A DNA stretch of 60,332 nucleotides, filler included, from Jimgerdemannia flammicorona (lineage: Eukaryota), in NCBI GenBank assembly GCA_003990765.1. It is 3 parts of 3 records of this genome, joined end to end, with 100 filler letters (N's around TTAATTAATTAA, not from the genome) between each part and the next. Parts side by side here need not be neighbours in the genome. Positions count along the whole stretch, not along the records: positions 20,150 to 40,196 come from RBNJ01001775.1; positions 40,297 to 60,332 come from RBNJ01001776.1; 1 more part is not named here. The stretch is one strand, 5' to 3'. The stretch's first letter is position 1. Every line of letters begins with the position of its first letter. Below are positions 38,409 through 50,925 of this stretch, in pieces. The notes under the pieces were generated by a model that saw nothing but the letters and a program-made list of their open reading frames with translations, made no database searches and was not told the origin of the DNA. The translations under genes were made by a program, and so were the position numbers.

Positions 38409-39951
38409 GTAACATTCAAGTGATACAAGACTCAGACAATACTTTTGACAATGTTTTTGGTAAAAGATAACTAATAATATAGATAACAACAATCATACTA
38501 GTGAGCATATAGGCCAGGGGGGCACCAGTACCTTTGACTGGTAGTATGTAGAGAGGAGGAGTAGTGATGGTTTGGGTCTGTCAGGGTCTTCTCTAGTGGG
38601 ATGTAGTATTGGTGGTGGAGGAAGAGGCAGTTTGAGGCAATAAGAAGGGGAGAGGATAATTTTTGCTAATAAGATAAAGATGGAGAGAATGGCATCTGAG
38701 CTGAATAGTTGACTGGACCTGGGGAAGTCTTCAACAGCCACTGCTGGAGGATGGGAAGGGGCCCCCTTGAGAGGGTCAGGCAGTAGGGGTGGGGAGGGAG
38801 TAGGGGCTGGAGATATGATGACTGATGGAGCCATGACTGGGAATCTGAAAAAAAATCCAGATGTGACAGTGGTTGGTAGTTCAGGACAGGAGGGGGGCAC
38901 AGGCCCAGAGACCTGGCAGATAGTGTGACAGACTTGGTGATGGCACTATAACTCAAGAAATCTAGGTCAGAATTTGCTATCACACTGTATTTCTAGGGCT
39001 TAGTGATAACTGCAAGGATGATCTTAGGGCTGGTGGCACAGGAGGTGAAGGGGGTAGCATCAGTGAAGTTCTTGAAGAGGAAGGAAGGGAATAAGGTCAG
39101 GTTTGAGAAAGAGGAGTTGTTGGCAGCCATGGAGAAGAGGAGTGATGGTGGGAGGAGTAGTGGTCTCTATGATCAGGTGTATGTGCTGGGACCCCTGGGT
39201 GGTATAATTGATGGTGCTGGAACTTCCTACAGTGTCGAGAGAGAGGGCCAGGGAGTTGATTGTTGAAGTAGTCAAGACGTATGGAGAGATAGTGAACATT
39301 GAGTTCAGAGTCTGGGAGGGTACTGAGTTCTGGACTGGAGACATCGATGTCTGGGTGAGGCTGGCTAGAAAGGAGAATATGGGAAAGGTGAGGGACTGGC
39401 TGGTGACTCTCAAGTGGGGTCTGGTAGAGTGAAGGGTCTTGCAGGTGAAAGGGACACAAGAAGAGGAGAAGGACTTGCTAGAGGCTCTGGAGGATCTGGC
39501 AGGAGCAGTTGAGAGGAGGCGATTGGCTTGGAAGGAGTATGAAGTCATGATGGTGATAGAATTGGTAAATGGCAAGTAGATCAGGATAGATCAGATAACC
39601 TGGGAGAAGAGGTAGGGGAGGTATATCCAGAAGGAGTTGCTGGAGAAGTTGGGAGGTAATAGGGCCAGCGGTGGTATGAGAGAAGATGGTGCAGGACTGC
39701 AGAAGAGTGCCTGAGCTAGGGAGTATAGGTTAACCCAAGGCAGAGCTCAGGGGGGCCTGAGTAAGGAGGGATAGAGTGGCTTGGAGGTGGATATAGAAAT
39801 GGGCAAAGGTGCATGATCTCAGTATAGCATTTCAGGTAGGACCAGGGGTGAGGAGGAATTGCTAGATATGCCTGAGGAGGAGTGGGATGAATCAGTGAGG
39901 AGAAGTGCTCTGGTGGATCCAGTGGTGAGAGTTGAGAGGATCACCCAGGGG
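38409..39951 (+). mobile_element. Second L1/Tx1-like 5'UTR and ORF1 copy, inserted in the Copia protease region and cut off by a hAT-like end
   Basis: VKTYGEIVNIEFRVWEGTEFWTGDIDVWVRL aligns with the copy at 27457-29117; shared 5' GTAACATTCA. Confidence 0.7.
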
Positions 39952-40196
39952 TAGTGCTCCGAACGAGTCAATCCGGATGGGATTCGGATGGATTCGAATT
40001 GGATTCGAATCGGATTCGAATCGGATTCGAATCCCATCCGGATGGATTCGAATCGGATTCGAATCAACCATTGTTTTGATTTCCAAATTAGACAATTAAA
40101 TGTTTACATCAATAACTTGATGAATAATCATCCAAATTTGATGATCTTGGTGTCATTTGAAAGCCCTTAATAAGGCCTTTCTAATGATATCAGGAA
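39952..40196 (+). mobile_element. Terminus of a young hAT-like element with 11-bp subterminal repeats (GGATTCGAATC, palindromic core)
   Basis: Begins TAGTGCTCCG like the other hAT ends; CpG-intact GATTCGAATC array; runs off the contig end. Confidence 0.6.
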
Positions 40197-40296
40197 NNNN
40201 NNNNNNNNNNNNNNNNNNNNNNNNNNNNNNNNNNNNNNNNTTAATTAATTAANNNNNNNNNNNNNNNNNNNNNNNNNNNNNNNNNNNNNNNNNNNN
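40197..40296. other. Artificial contig spacer N44-TTAATTAATTAA-N44
   Basis: Identical to the first spacer. Confidence 0.98.
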
Positions 40297-40680
40297 ATAT
40301 AGTTATCTGATTCCTATGATGCTGACTGATAACCTCAATAAACAGTTGTCTGGAATATATCTCTTATTTATAAGCAGATATTTCAGACATTTTAAGATAC
40401 TTTTTAACTTACAAAAATTTCTTAGATATAGGATTTTATGTATAATAGTAATTTGGGTTACATACAGTTCTAGTTTTTGTATATATTATATATTATTTTT
40501 TATTCTAGTTTGTATTCTTTTTTTTTTTTTTTTTTTTTTTTTGATTTTTTTTTTTTTTTTTTTGATATAGTTGATATTCTTTTTTTTTTAGTTACATATC
40601 TCATTGAGTAGGAGTATTGAGATAGCAACTCAATATATCAGTATATAATCTTATGCTATACTATCAGATTTATATCATTA
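40297..40680 (+). mobile_element. 3' end (3'UTR, PPT, LTR start) of the same Copia family
   Basis: Reverse-complement homologue of ~34850-35100, including TTGAGTAGGAGTATTGAGATAG. Confidence 0.75.
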
Positions 40681-40729
40681 TCAGTAAAGTATAAAATATG
40701 TGATCTATATAACTTCCCTCTCATTACAA

Positions 40730-43600
40730 TAGTACTGTTCTTTTATCACCAGATATAGTAAGAATTTTAGCCTATTTTACTAAGTTCTAGTTAATAAAAT
40801 TTTTAGAAGTTCCTATATCAAAAAGAACCTTTATGTCTTGTTTCTTAACTTGAGCTAGTATTTCAATAAGTTCTTCATTATTGATTATAGAAACAACTTC
40901 TTGTGTCAGATTTTATTTCTTTTTCTCAGTCTGAATATTAGCTAGCTTAGTAGCTTTTCTTTAACTAAGTTCACTTAGACACAAGTAATAGCTATTGAGT
41001 ATTTCTGCACAATACATCTGTATACTATTAGAGCATCTTATATATAGTGCATACTTATCTTCTAGTTAGAAGTATCATTTTTCTTCTTTGGTAGATTTTT
41101 TTTCTTGAATAGTAGCTACTGTCTTGGGCTTCTCTTCAGTATTTTGAAGTAGTTCTGAGGATCCAAATTCTTTAGTTTCTCTTTCTGATAGTGACTTCTT
41201 GAGTTGTGAGATTATTCTTTATAACCTCTATAATCAATTGTATCACTTTTTGTTCTGATAGAATAGTATATTATTCTTTTCTAAGATTTCTCAAAATGAC
41301 TTTAATTTTATCTTGATATTTTTCATCAATAACTCCTCCTCCTATTAAGAAGTCATAATCTTTTGCTAGTTCACTCTTTTTTACTATTCTAGTATAGGTA
41401 CCTTGAGATATTTGTATAGCTATATCAGTTCTTATTACTTGAGATTTTTCTAGTAATATTGTCTGTAAGACAGTACTATAGAGATCATAACCTATATCTA
41501 TTAGATAGGTCTTAGTGGGAATAATTGCTTTATAATAAAGCTTTTTAAATCTGATAACTTCTTTTGTCTCAAAAATAGTATTAATAACTGAGATAGTTGA
41601 AGATCTTGAAGGAATGTTTTTATTTTTCTCCAGATAGACATTAGATATATTCTGTCTTTTTGTAATAAAAATATTTTCCTTCTTTTCTAAGTCTGTCTCT
41701 TTCTTCTAGAGAGAGTTTTTGAAAAGTGGGTTTCTTAGATATTGGAGTTTCTCTATTCCAATTCCTTTTCCTAGAGTCTTAGTAGAGTTTACTTAAAGTT
41801 TGCTCAGAGTTTCTTATGTTACTCTATTCTTTGAATTTGATCATAGTAGCAGATACTACTAATACCATTCTTACTCTAGATACTATTTGTCTAAAGTACT
41901 ATTGATTATAAAGACAGTCTGTGGAGATTTTTATTTTCTTAACTCTTCTGGCTAACCATGGAGAAATACTTTGGAAAATGTAATTTGCTCTAGTTCTATT
42001 GGGGACATTATTATCATAATCTTAAGAGAGTTCTAATATATTCAAGAAGGCTTTCATTCTTACTACAAAGGCTTCTAGGTTTTCTTTACTAAGTTTATCA
42101 CATTTTATGACTTCTAATTATACTCTTATATCTGTAAGTGAAGAGCTTAGAAAATATCTTTTTAGAAGATATTAAAGTCCTCTTGCTTCAGGGATTTATT
42201 GATATTCTAGTTGGTCTTCTGTGGTATCTTGTTCTGTTACTCCAATTCTATCTTCTCAAGTAAGGAGTTTAGGATTTAAGTTATAATACCAGAGGATAGC
42301 TGAATCTTGAAAATATATAGCTACTTTGGCAGTTTGAGCTTAGGCTTTTGCAAAGACTTCTTCTGTAGTATGTAATACATTTTTTGCTAAGATAGAGTAT
42401 GGGCTTCTTTGGTCATTCTAACTGTTATACTTGTATCTATTATCTACTGTACTTATAAATCCTGATAGATCTGTAGATATTTCTCCAAAAGTAGAAATTG
42501 ATAGTGCTTTAGCTAGTTGATTCATAATTACTATTTGTCCTACTAGGTCAGCTAATACTGTCAGTTGTCTTATTAATATATCAGTAGTTATTATTAGAGT
42601 TACTGATTCAGATATAGACTCTGGTTCTCTAAAAGTTTTATCTAAGTCTTCAGGGCTTTCTTCAAAAGTCTTTTAAGACTTTCTTCTTCTAAGGGATCTA
42701 TTGCTTTCTCCTTTTCTTTAGATAATATATCTGGTAGTCTTTCTATTTCAGAAAGATCTTCTATTGATAGTTCAGATTCAGAATCTGAATATCTATCTTC
42801 TAGTTCAGATTTTAGTCCTAAGTGAGAAATAGGTACTAAATATAAAGGTGTATAAATTTCTAAAATAAGAGACTTAATTAATTCTCTGACTTCTAGTAAA
42901 TTTGTACTAGATCCTGGACTTGTTGATTCTGGAGATTATCTTCCTACTGATGTCTATTGTCCAGCAGATAAATATTCTATTTGATTTCTTTCTGAACTAA
43001 ATATAGAAGAGATGTCTGGTTCTTATTGAGTATCAAAATAGATTATATATTCTTTATATTGAATTTCTTAAGTAGTTATCTCAAGAGTTTCTAGTCTTTG
43101 TAGTTCTTGTATATAGTTGGCCTTATGACTTAAATATCTAAAGTAAAGATGACTCTTTCTTTCAGTAAAGTGATAATAAGGATAATTAATCTACTAAAGA
43201 ATAGCAATTCTTGTTTCAATAGAGATTAATTGAAGAAATTATTCTATTGCTTGAACAACTAATTCAGATATTTCTGCTCTATATATATATTGTCTTATAA
43301 GTCTGTAAAACTTTTTATGAAGATCTGTATTCCTTCTTAATGCTGAATGTAGTTCATGAAATTCTGAATATAAATTTTGAGTAGAATGTTCAATAAGTTC
43401 TTATTATTATTCTTTATATTAGTTTTCCTAGTCAACAATAGTTCTTATATTCTGTTTTCCTCTTGTTTGAGGGTCCAGGATATCTAGTTACTTCCTAAAA
43501 AATATATTCAGTAATAGCTTATAAGCTGTTTAATAAGCCTTTATTTATCTTATATCAGATTAGCTCATAGATTCTGCTACTATCAATTGTAATAGTATAT
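40730..43600 (-). mobile_element. Decayed Ty3/Gypsy-like gag region with PBS/LTR junction near 43570-43592
   Basis: VAIYFQDSAILWY gag-like motif near 42290-42325; ATTACA followed by a TGATAGTAGCAG PBS-like sequence on the - strand. Confidence 0.55.
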
Positions 43601-43670
43601 CTCTTTACTGTTATAGTAATTATACTCTTTAAGTTAATGATTCTTACTATCAGTAATTTAAAGGTACTTA

Positions 43671-45229
43671 CAGTGAGGGTCATAAGTGTACTAATATTTT
43701 ATAAAAATATTATTGAAGTCATTTTTTAACCAGTAATAAAATAGGTTTAGAACTTCAAAATATATTAGTTTTACCTTATTTGAGTGATTACAAATAAAGT
43801 TATTACTTTTTAAAGTTATATTAATTATTGGTATACTTATGGTCCTAATGATATCTGAATTACTTTATTTATAATAATTAATATTTAGTGTATTTTCCCT
43901 TAGCTTTAATTACTGCAGCAATGTGTCTTGGCATACTCTCCACCAATTTGATACAAATGTCTTGCAGAATACCATTCCATTCATCCTCCACCTACTCCCA
44001 CAACTCCTCCATACCATTTAGTGATATTCTGTATATGCTGAGCTTCCTCCTGAGATGGTACTACAAATGCTCAATTGGATTGATATCAGAAGATTGTGCA
44101 GGCCAGTCTAGGATGTAAATAGAATGATCAGTGAGCCATTTGGAAGCTGCCTTGGATGTATACTTTGGGTTATTATCTTATTGAAATATGAGCTTCTTTC
44201 TGTCTATCTTAAAAAACTAGATAGATTTTTGCAGTTTATCAGCAAGAATGCTCATATAGAGCTCTGTGTTCATTCTACCATCAATCTGGCATACATAGTC
44301 TATGCCACAGTAATTCATATAACTCCAGACTATCACTAATCTACTATTAAATTTGATAGTTCCTTTTACATGGTGGTCATCAAGTGGCATCATACCTGAC
44401 TTCTTCCATACTCATTGACATCCATCAGATCCAAAATAATTGATCTTTGTCTTGTCTGAAAGAATGATCTGTTTCCAGTCATCTAGAGTCCAATATTGGT
44501 ATATACTTAAGGGTAAATTTGTATTATGCCTTGATATGATACTTGAATAACATAGACTTCTTCTGCTTAATAGTAGTCTTCAGATCTGCTCATTTTAGTA
44601 CCTGGTATATGGTCTTAGCACTAACAGATGGTTTCCCTTCTTCTTCTATAGTTCTGGTAACTATTGTGGTAGTTTTCACCTTATTAGTAGTTATTTGGCA
44701 AATGGCCCATGCCTCATCTCTAGTAGAAAGAGTCTATGAGTAACTACTTTTTGGTAGTATTTCGATATCACCACAGTACTGATCTCTTATATAGCACACA
44801 GTTACCATTCCAATATCCATCTCTTTGGCAATCTTGCATACTAATGTACCAGAATGCAGTTTGTAGATTATGTGGTTATGAATGTTTTTAAGGAGCTTTC
44901 TCATGGTTCAAAGTATGTCAGGGGTAGAGAAGATATAAATAATGAAGCCTTAATTGGAGAAATTTTTTTTAAAACATCAGAAGCTCATAAAATAATAATA
45001 GTGGCCTCTAGGTACCATTAGGGCCATAAGTATACCAATGATTAATATAACTTTAAATAGTAATAAATTTATTTGTAATCATCCAAATAAGGAAAAACTA
45101 ATCTATTTAGAAGTTCTAAACCTATTCTATTACTGGTTAAAAAATGGCTTCAATAATATTTTTATATAAGCTATAATTAATTTAAAAAGTAAAAATAATA
45201 AAACATTGGTACACTTATGACTCTCACTA
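43671..45229 (-). mobile_element. Tc1/mariner DD34E-type transposon with long (~190-220 bp) IR/DR-type TIRs; transposase pseudogene ~43890-44904
   Basis: TA-CAGTGAGGGTCATAAG...CTTATGACTCTCACTA-TA ends; motifs DWKQIILSDKTKINYFGSDG, FQ*DNNPKYTS, WPAQSSDINPIEHL. Confidence 0.93.
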
Positions 45230-45511
45230 TATATCAGATATCTGTAGCTTGAGAAAGTGGCTGTCTTAATACCTAAGTACTGTCTATTATACTTTTAATT
45301 GATCTAGTCTCCTTTTGGTAGACTTGAATAACAATTTGATAATTATAGACTTTAATTCTTTAAAGTTTAAGTCTTTTAGTATATCCTTTTTAAATATAGT
45401 CAGATTCTGAAAATTATATTTAGATTCTTCAGATTTTAAGTATTTATAGAGTTCAGGGCATCTAATTTTAGATATAGTATTTTTAGTAAAATTATTTTAG
45501 AACTTATCTAT

Positions 45512-47870
45512 TGTAACATAGTGGATGCTAAGATGGACAAGTATATTGAATTTCTTTATCTTGAATTCTTGTCTTCTTGACTCCCAGAGTCAGTAGTTCC
45601 TTGAGGCCAAATGTGTTTAAGAGGTAATCCCGAAAGTCCCTTTATCAGTATACTTGTTCTTTTTCTAATACTTTTGATCTGAGGTTTATTCACTCTAAGA
45701 TACTGAGTTATTTATACAAGTTTGCTAGCTATGAGAGGGTGGCTAAGTAATAAATGAGTCATTTGGACTTTGTCAAAATATTTGGACAATGTCTAAATGC
45801 TATACTAAATCAGGACATTTGATTTGGATAATGTCTAAGAATTTAGACAATGTCAAAATCGAGGACTGCTAACTATAAGACTATACTACTTTGGGACTGG
45901 GTGTGATCAAGTGTCTGTTCCCTATTTCAATTTCATACCATATGTCACATCTTCCCTCTGAATAGGTTATTTTTGACACAAAAATACCTATTCAAATTCT
46001 TATATTGCAATGTTTATATATTTATTCCCCCTACATGGACTTGTTTATAATATTGTATCCAAGTGGTTGTCAGAATGTTTTTCGAGATCTCAAAAAAAAG
46101 TCTTCAAATAATTAATTCAGGATATCGTCAAAAGTCTGACAACATATTCAAAAGTCGGGTAATGGCATCTTCAAAAATCAGGTGGTATTTGTATGTCAGG
46201 AGGCATTCATATATTGTCAAAAGTCGGATGGCATCTTCTCTTGGGTAGTTTGTATACAACATCTTTTAATTCTCTGGGTCAGTTCAGGCATTCATATGTC
46301 ATCAAAAGTCAGATGATGGCATTTTTCAAAAGTTAAGTGGTATTCTTCACTTGGGCGGTTTGTATATGACGTCTTTTAATTCTTTGTGGTGGTCCATTCA
46401 TATGTCGTCTTGGGCAGTTCTTATATGACGTCTTTTAATTCTCCATGGTGGTCCTTTGCATGGCGGTTTGTTCGGCATTTTGGCAATTAATTCTTATAAC
46501 ATTGTTCCTCGAACTAAGGAGCGACCCAGCTATTAACTCAACAATGCGGTCGTTTGCAGAGCATCTATTATTCAATACTGACAACGGTTCACAGAAACGA
46601 GGCTGACAACCAGAACAACCAATTAACAGCAGATGGTGCAGAGACAAACACAATGCATGATGGGCAGTATTTGTATCTTCAAAAGTTAGGTGAGATTCTT
46701 CACTCGGGTGGTTTGTATATGATGTCTTTTAATTCTTTATGGCGGTCCATTCGTATGTTGTCTCAGGCAGTTTATATATGACGTCTTTTAATTCTCCATG
46801 GCAGTCCTTCATATGGTGGTTTGTTCGGCATTTCGGCGATTAATTCTTGTAATGTTGTCCCTCAAACTAAGGAGCAACCCAGCTATTAACTCAACGATGT
46901 GGTCCTTTGCAGAGCATCTATTGTTCAATACCGATGACAGTTCACAGAAATGAGGCTGACAACCAGAATAACCAATTAACAGCAGATAGCACAGAGATGA
47001 ACACAATGCATGATGGGTGACGTTCGTATCTTCAAAAGTTGGGTAGGATTTTTCACTTGGATGGCATTCTTCACTTGGGTGGTTCATATATGATGTCTTT
47101 TTAATTCTTCGGGGTGGTCCATTCATATGGTGGTTTGTTCGGCATTTTGGCGATTAATTCTTGTAATGTTGTCCCTCGAACTAAAGAGTGACCTGGCTAT
47201 TAACTCAATGATGCGGTCCTTTGCAGAGCATTTATTGTTCAATACTGATGACAGTTCACAGAAACAAGGCTGACAACTGGAACAACTAATTAACAGCAGA
47301 TGGCACAGACAAACACCATGTACAACATGATGGTCTGTATGGCAGTCCGGCAGTCTGGCAGTCAGGCAGTTGTTGGTTTTTTAGCTTAAAAGTGAGGATT
47401 CATCTTGAATCACCAGCCAATGGGTACCAAGTTGTAATGTAGCAGACACTAAGATAGGCAAGTATGTTGGATTTCTTTATCTTGAATTCTTGTCTTCTTG
47501 ACTCCTAGAGTCAGTAGTTTCTTGAGGCCAAATGTGTTTAAGAGGTAATCCTGAAAGTCCCTTTATTGGTATACTTGTTCTTTTTCTAACACTTTTGATC
47601 TGAGGTTTATTCACTCTAAGATACTGAGTTATTTATACAAGTTTGCTAGCTATGAGAGGGTGGCTAAGTAATAAATGAGTCATTTGGACTTTGTCGAAAT
47701 ATTTGGACAATGTCTAAATGCTATACTAAATCGGGATGTTTGATTTGGATAATGTCTAAGAATTTAGATAATGTCAAAATCGAGAACTACTAACTATAAG
47801 GCTATACTACTTTGGGACTGGGTGCGATCAAGTGTCTGTTCCCTATTTCAATTTCATATCATATGTCACA
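45512..47870 (-). mobile_element. Complete non-autonomous LTR retroelement (TRIM/LARD-like), 2359 bp
   Basis: 438-bp TG...CA LTRs at 45512-45949 and 47433-47870, 4-bp TSD CTAT, PBS-like TGGTACCCATTGG and PPT CAGAGGGAAGA on the - strand, no gag/pol motifs, internal triplicated unit. Confidence 0.92.
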
Positions 47871-49400
47871 CTATATATTATAAATTTAAGTCTTAATTAT
47901 TCTTTTATTCTATATTTTGTAAATTCTGAGAATTTTTGAGTCATTTCTCTGAGGGTATTTATACATTTTGAAGATCTTTAAATATTGACTAACTATTGGC
48001 TAAAAGATATAAGATTAAATATTGCTAGAAATGATGTAAAAGTTATACCATAATAGTGTTATTGCTAAGTCATAATAATATTACTTTATAATATTATTTT
48101 TATATGCTAACTATGAGGTAATTGTTCTAGATTTCAACTGAGACTTTGTAATATAATATATTATATCATGAGATAGTAACAAACTTCTCTGAAAGAAGAT
48201 AAGACTTCTTCCAGAGTCTTAGATTCAGATAGTATAGTATTAAACTCATTAGAGTCTAGTTCTGATCTAGTAAATCCAGATGATAATATAGATACTAGTA
48301 AGGCTAATCTTATATTAAATAGTACAGAAACTCCCTGTAGCTAGATTTTTATAGATATTTAGGCCTGTGCTTAAAATAGACTAATGAGTTTATTGAAGAC
48401 TTCATTCTTATATAGCTATATATTATTATTATAATACTCTTACAGATTAAAGTCATTTATAAGGTCTAGCTATTAATTGGTTGTCAAGACTACCAATTTC
48501 TGCAGAAGTTACTCCTCTTATATCACTATAGTATAAGATATTCTATAGAGTAATTAATAGATATAGACCAAAATATGCTATCTAAAAATAGAGATATTAT
48601 ATTCATCTATAGTCTCTGATAGAGTCAAGTCACTGTTTACTAGAAGTCTACCAGCCTAATAGTTTTTTAGTATTTGGAGGTATTTTATAATTGATTACAT
48701 TCTTATAACAATCTCATCAGTAGCTTCTAAAAACTGCTTTATATCATAAGTGTCAAGATCAATATATTCTCAGTTGTACTAGTATTGATGATCATAGACT
48801 GCTTCTTAGAGAGCTTTATATATATGTTCAGAGGAGGAGGGCATGATTTACTTATGTTTTAGTTTTGTTTTGAGGAAGATATCTTTAAGTTTATATAGTT
48901 ATTATTTGGTTGATTATTTCCTAGAGCTAATTTGCTGGCTTTTTATTTATTTATTAAACAAACTATTTTAGTATATAGTAACCATAATTTCATAGCTTAT
49001 TATAGTTTAGTTTAACCCATGAAGTTGCTAGTCTAGAAGATCTTACTAGCTTCTGATATCAGAGAACTGATGATATCAGTGATTAATTTTGATATACTCT
49101 AGTTTCTATGATATCATAGACTATTTTAGTTTATAACATCAATATGGCTGAAGACTAATTTAGTCCTATACTATTTTTAGCATCCTTAGTCTATTTCTGA
49201 GATATATCCATAGTAATGTCAGTATAAGTATCTACTAAACTAGTATAGAGACTAGTATGACTACTATAATGTCACTGGCTGAAAAGAGCTAAAATTAGTA
49301 TAAAATCATTATGATCCTTAATTTTTCTAGCATATAACCTTACAGGTGATATGAATTCAATGATGTCAACTTGATGATATCATCCTTTGTAATGTTGAAA
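47871..49400 (-). mobile_element. Decayed TE remnant hosting the LTR element (continues at 45240-45511)
   Basis: CpG-free decayed coding texture on both sides of the TSD. Confidence 0.45.
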
Positions 49401-49859
49401 TATAATTTCATTATAGTAATACTATTTGAAAAAAGAGTAATCAGGGTATCCACTGAACACAGATGTATCTGATAGCTAATGAGCACAGATGTATCCTTAG
49501 GATACAGATCAACAAACCTAATTTGGTACCTTGCTAATTATAAGTAGAAGTATATATAAATAACTAGGTATAAATAACTATACTATACTAAATATTCATA
49601 TCATCTGGCTATACTATGTTATTCACTCATCACAGTAGTTATTTTATTTTTTACGAAATTTACCTTAAAGAGGAAGTTTACACTAAGTTTTGGCACCCTA
49701 TAGTAAGAAGGGCAATGCATTAATAATAACTCTAGCATAGGTCTTTAGGAACTGTATAAATAGGCCCAACCAGTGCATAGAAGTTCGGAATTTAGGACAA
49801 AGTGTCATGTCGCCAGAAGCGGCGAAAAAAGGGGAGGGGTGCGGATCGACAGCGAATAA

Positions 49860-50180
49860 ATGCAAACCAAAATACGTAATACGAGAAAGAATAGAAGATA
49901 AGAAGAACGTGGGTTTGGCTATTATGGAAGCATGCGCCTCCCAGGCCTGCCATTTGTGTCGATATGCGAAAGGGGCCATTTATTGGTTGTCCACCCAAGA
50001 GGGATGGGTGGGAGGGTGAAGATATGAGGTACGAAGTACGAGATGCTAATCACTAATGACTAATTGTTCAACTACGTGCTAGGGTGGAGAGCCAGAACGA
50101 TGACGACGTGCTGCATAGTGCGTTGAGACTGGCATACATTAACTGAGTCCAAGCTAAGCTAAACTAAGCCCGCAAGGTAC
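49860..50180. repeat. Dispersed non-coding repeat with an inverted homologue at ~57120-57390
   Basis: GGAAGCATGCGCCTCCCAGGCC...GGGATGGGTGGGAGGGT and GAGACTGGCATACATTAACTGAGTCC match the reverse complement of 57130-57340. Confidence 0.75.
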
Positions 50181-50560
50181 CGTTGAAACAAACTAACTGA
50201 ATATCGGTGCATGAACTGTTTCTGCGTAAAACCAGACTAAGCTATAGCGCCTTTTGGCGTCGAATCTGAAACGTGAACATTCCATGCAGTAAGCGGCTCC
50301 GGCCACTTTGCTGCAGTTTGAACTACATTCATAACTATATCTTTGATTAGGACTAGAAGAGAGCTTTGGGTGCTCGATTGGTCGCTTTTCAAGCCTTTTA
50401 GACGGATTCGAGATACTTTACTTAGTGAATTCCTTAGCAAAAGAATCCATATTTTTGGCCTGCACAATGACAACATGACTGGACTATTGGAGGGCAATTT
50501 GCGCGCGGCTTAGGACGTTTGTGTAACAACGGATCTCCCTTCCGTTTCGGTCAATCCAAC

Positions 50561-50925
50561 ATGGGCAACATATTCTCTCGCCGTCGTCCCCAAAAACGTC
50601 GGTACCGCACATCTCCTGAAGATGAGATATCTCGACTTAGCCCTATGATGGAGGTATACGGTGTGCTCATAGTGCGCTTCATCCAGATAATCTACGACCA
50701 CGTCCTGGTGAAGAACCGAAAACGCTGGGGCAGCTTTGTGGTGCTTGTTTTGCGGTTCCCGAACACAGAACCGGAGAGGCTGGGGCGGCAATGGCAAAGG
50801 GTCCCGCGGACAGTAGGAATCGAAAGGAGATGTTGAAAAATCTCAAATCCATGGAGCGCAGCGCCTGCGACCGTCTGGACTGGGCAACCTTCTGGGACTT
50901 CATCGAAACCCCCTTTTACCAGACG
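50561..50925 (+). pseudogene. MGNIFS family copy 1: frameshifted and 3'-truncated
   Basis: Near-identical to 57801-58165; 1-nt deletion near 50783. Confidence 0.85.

Noticed and set aside
33526..38415. Small hydrophobic Ile/Tyr/Leu-rich ORFs in the ORF track
   Set aside because: Spurious frames in AT-rich decayed TE DNA, or fragments of the Copia pol
20150..49600. Classical Neurospora-type RIP
   Set aside because: Paired repeats point mainly to CpG rather than CpA context, and linked gene duplicates are not mutated
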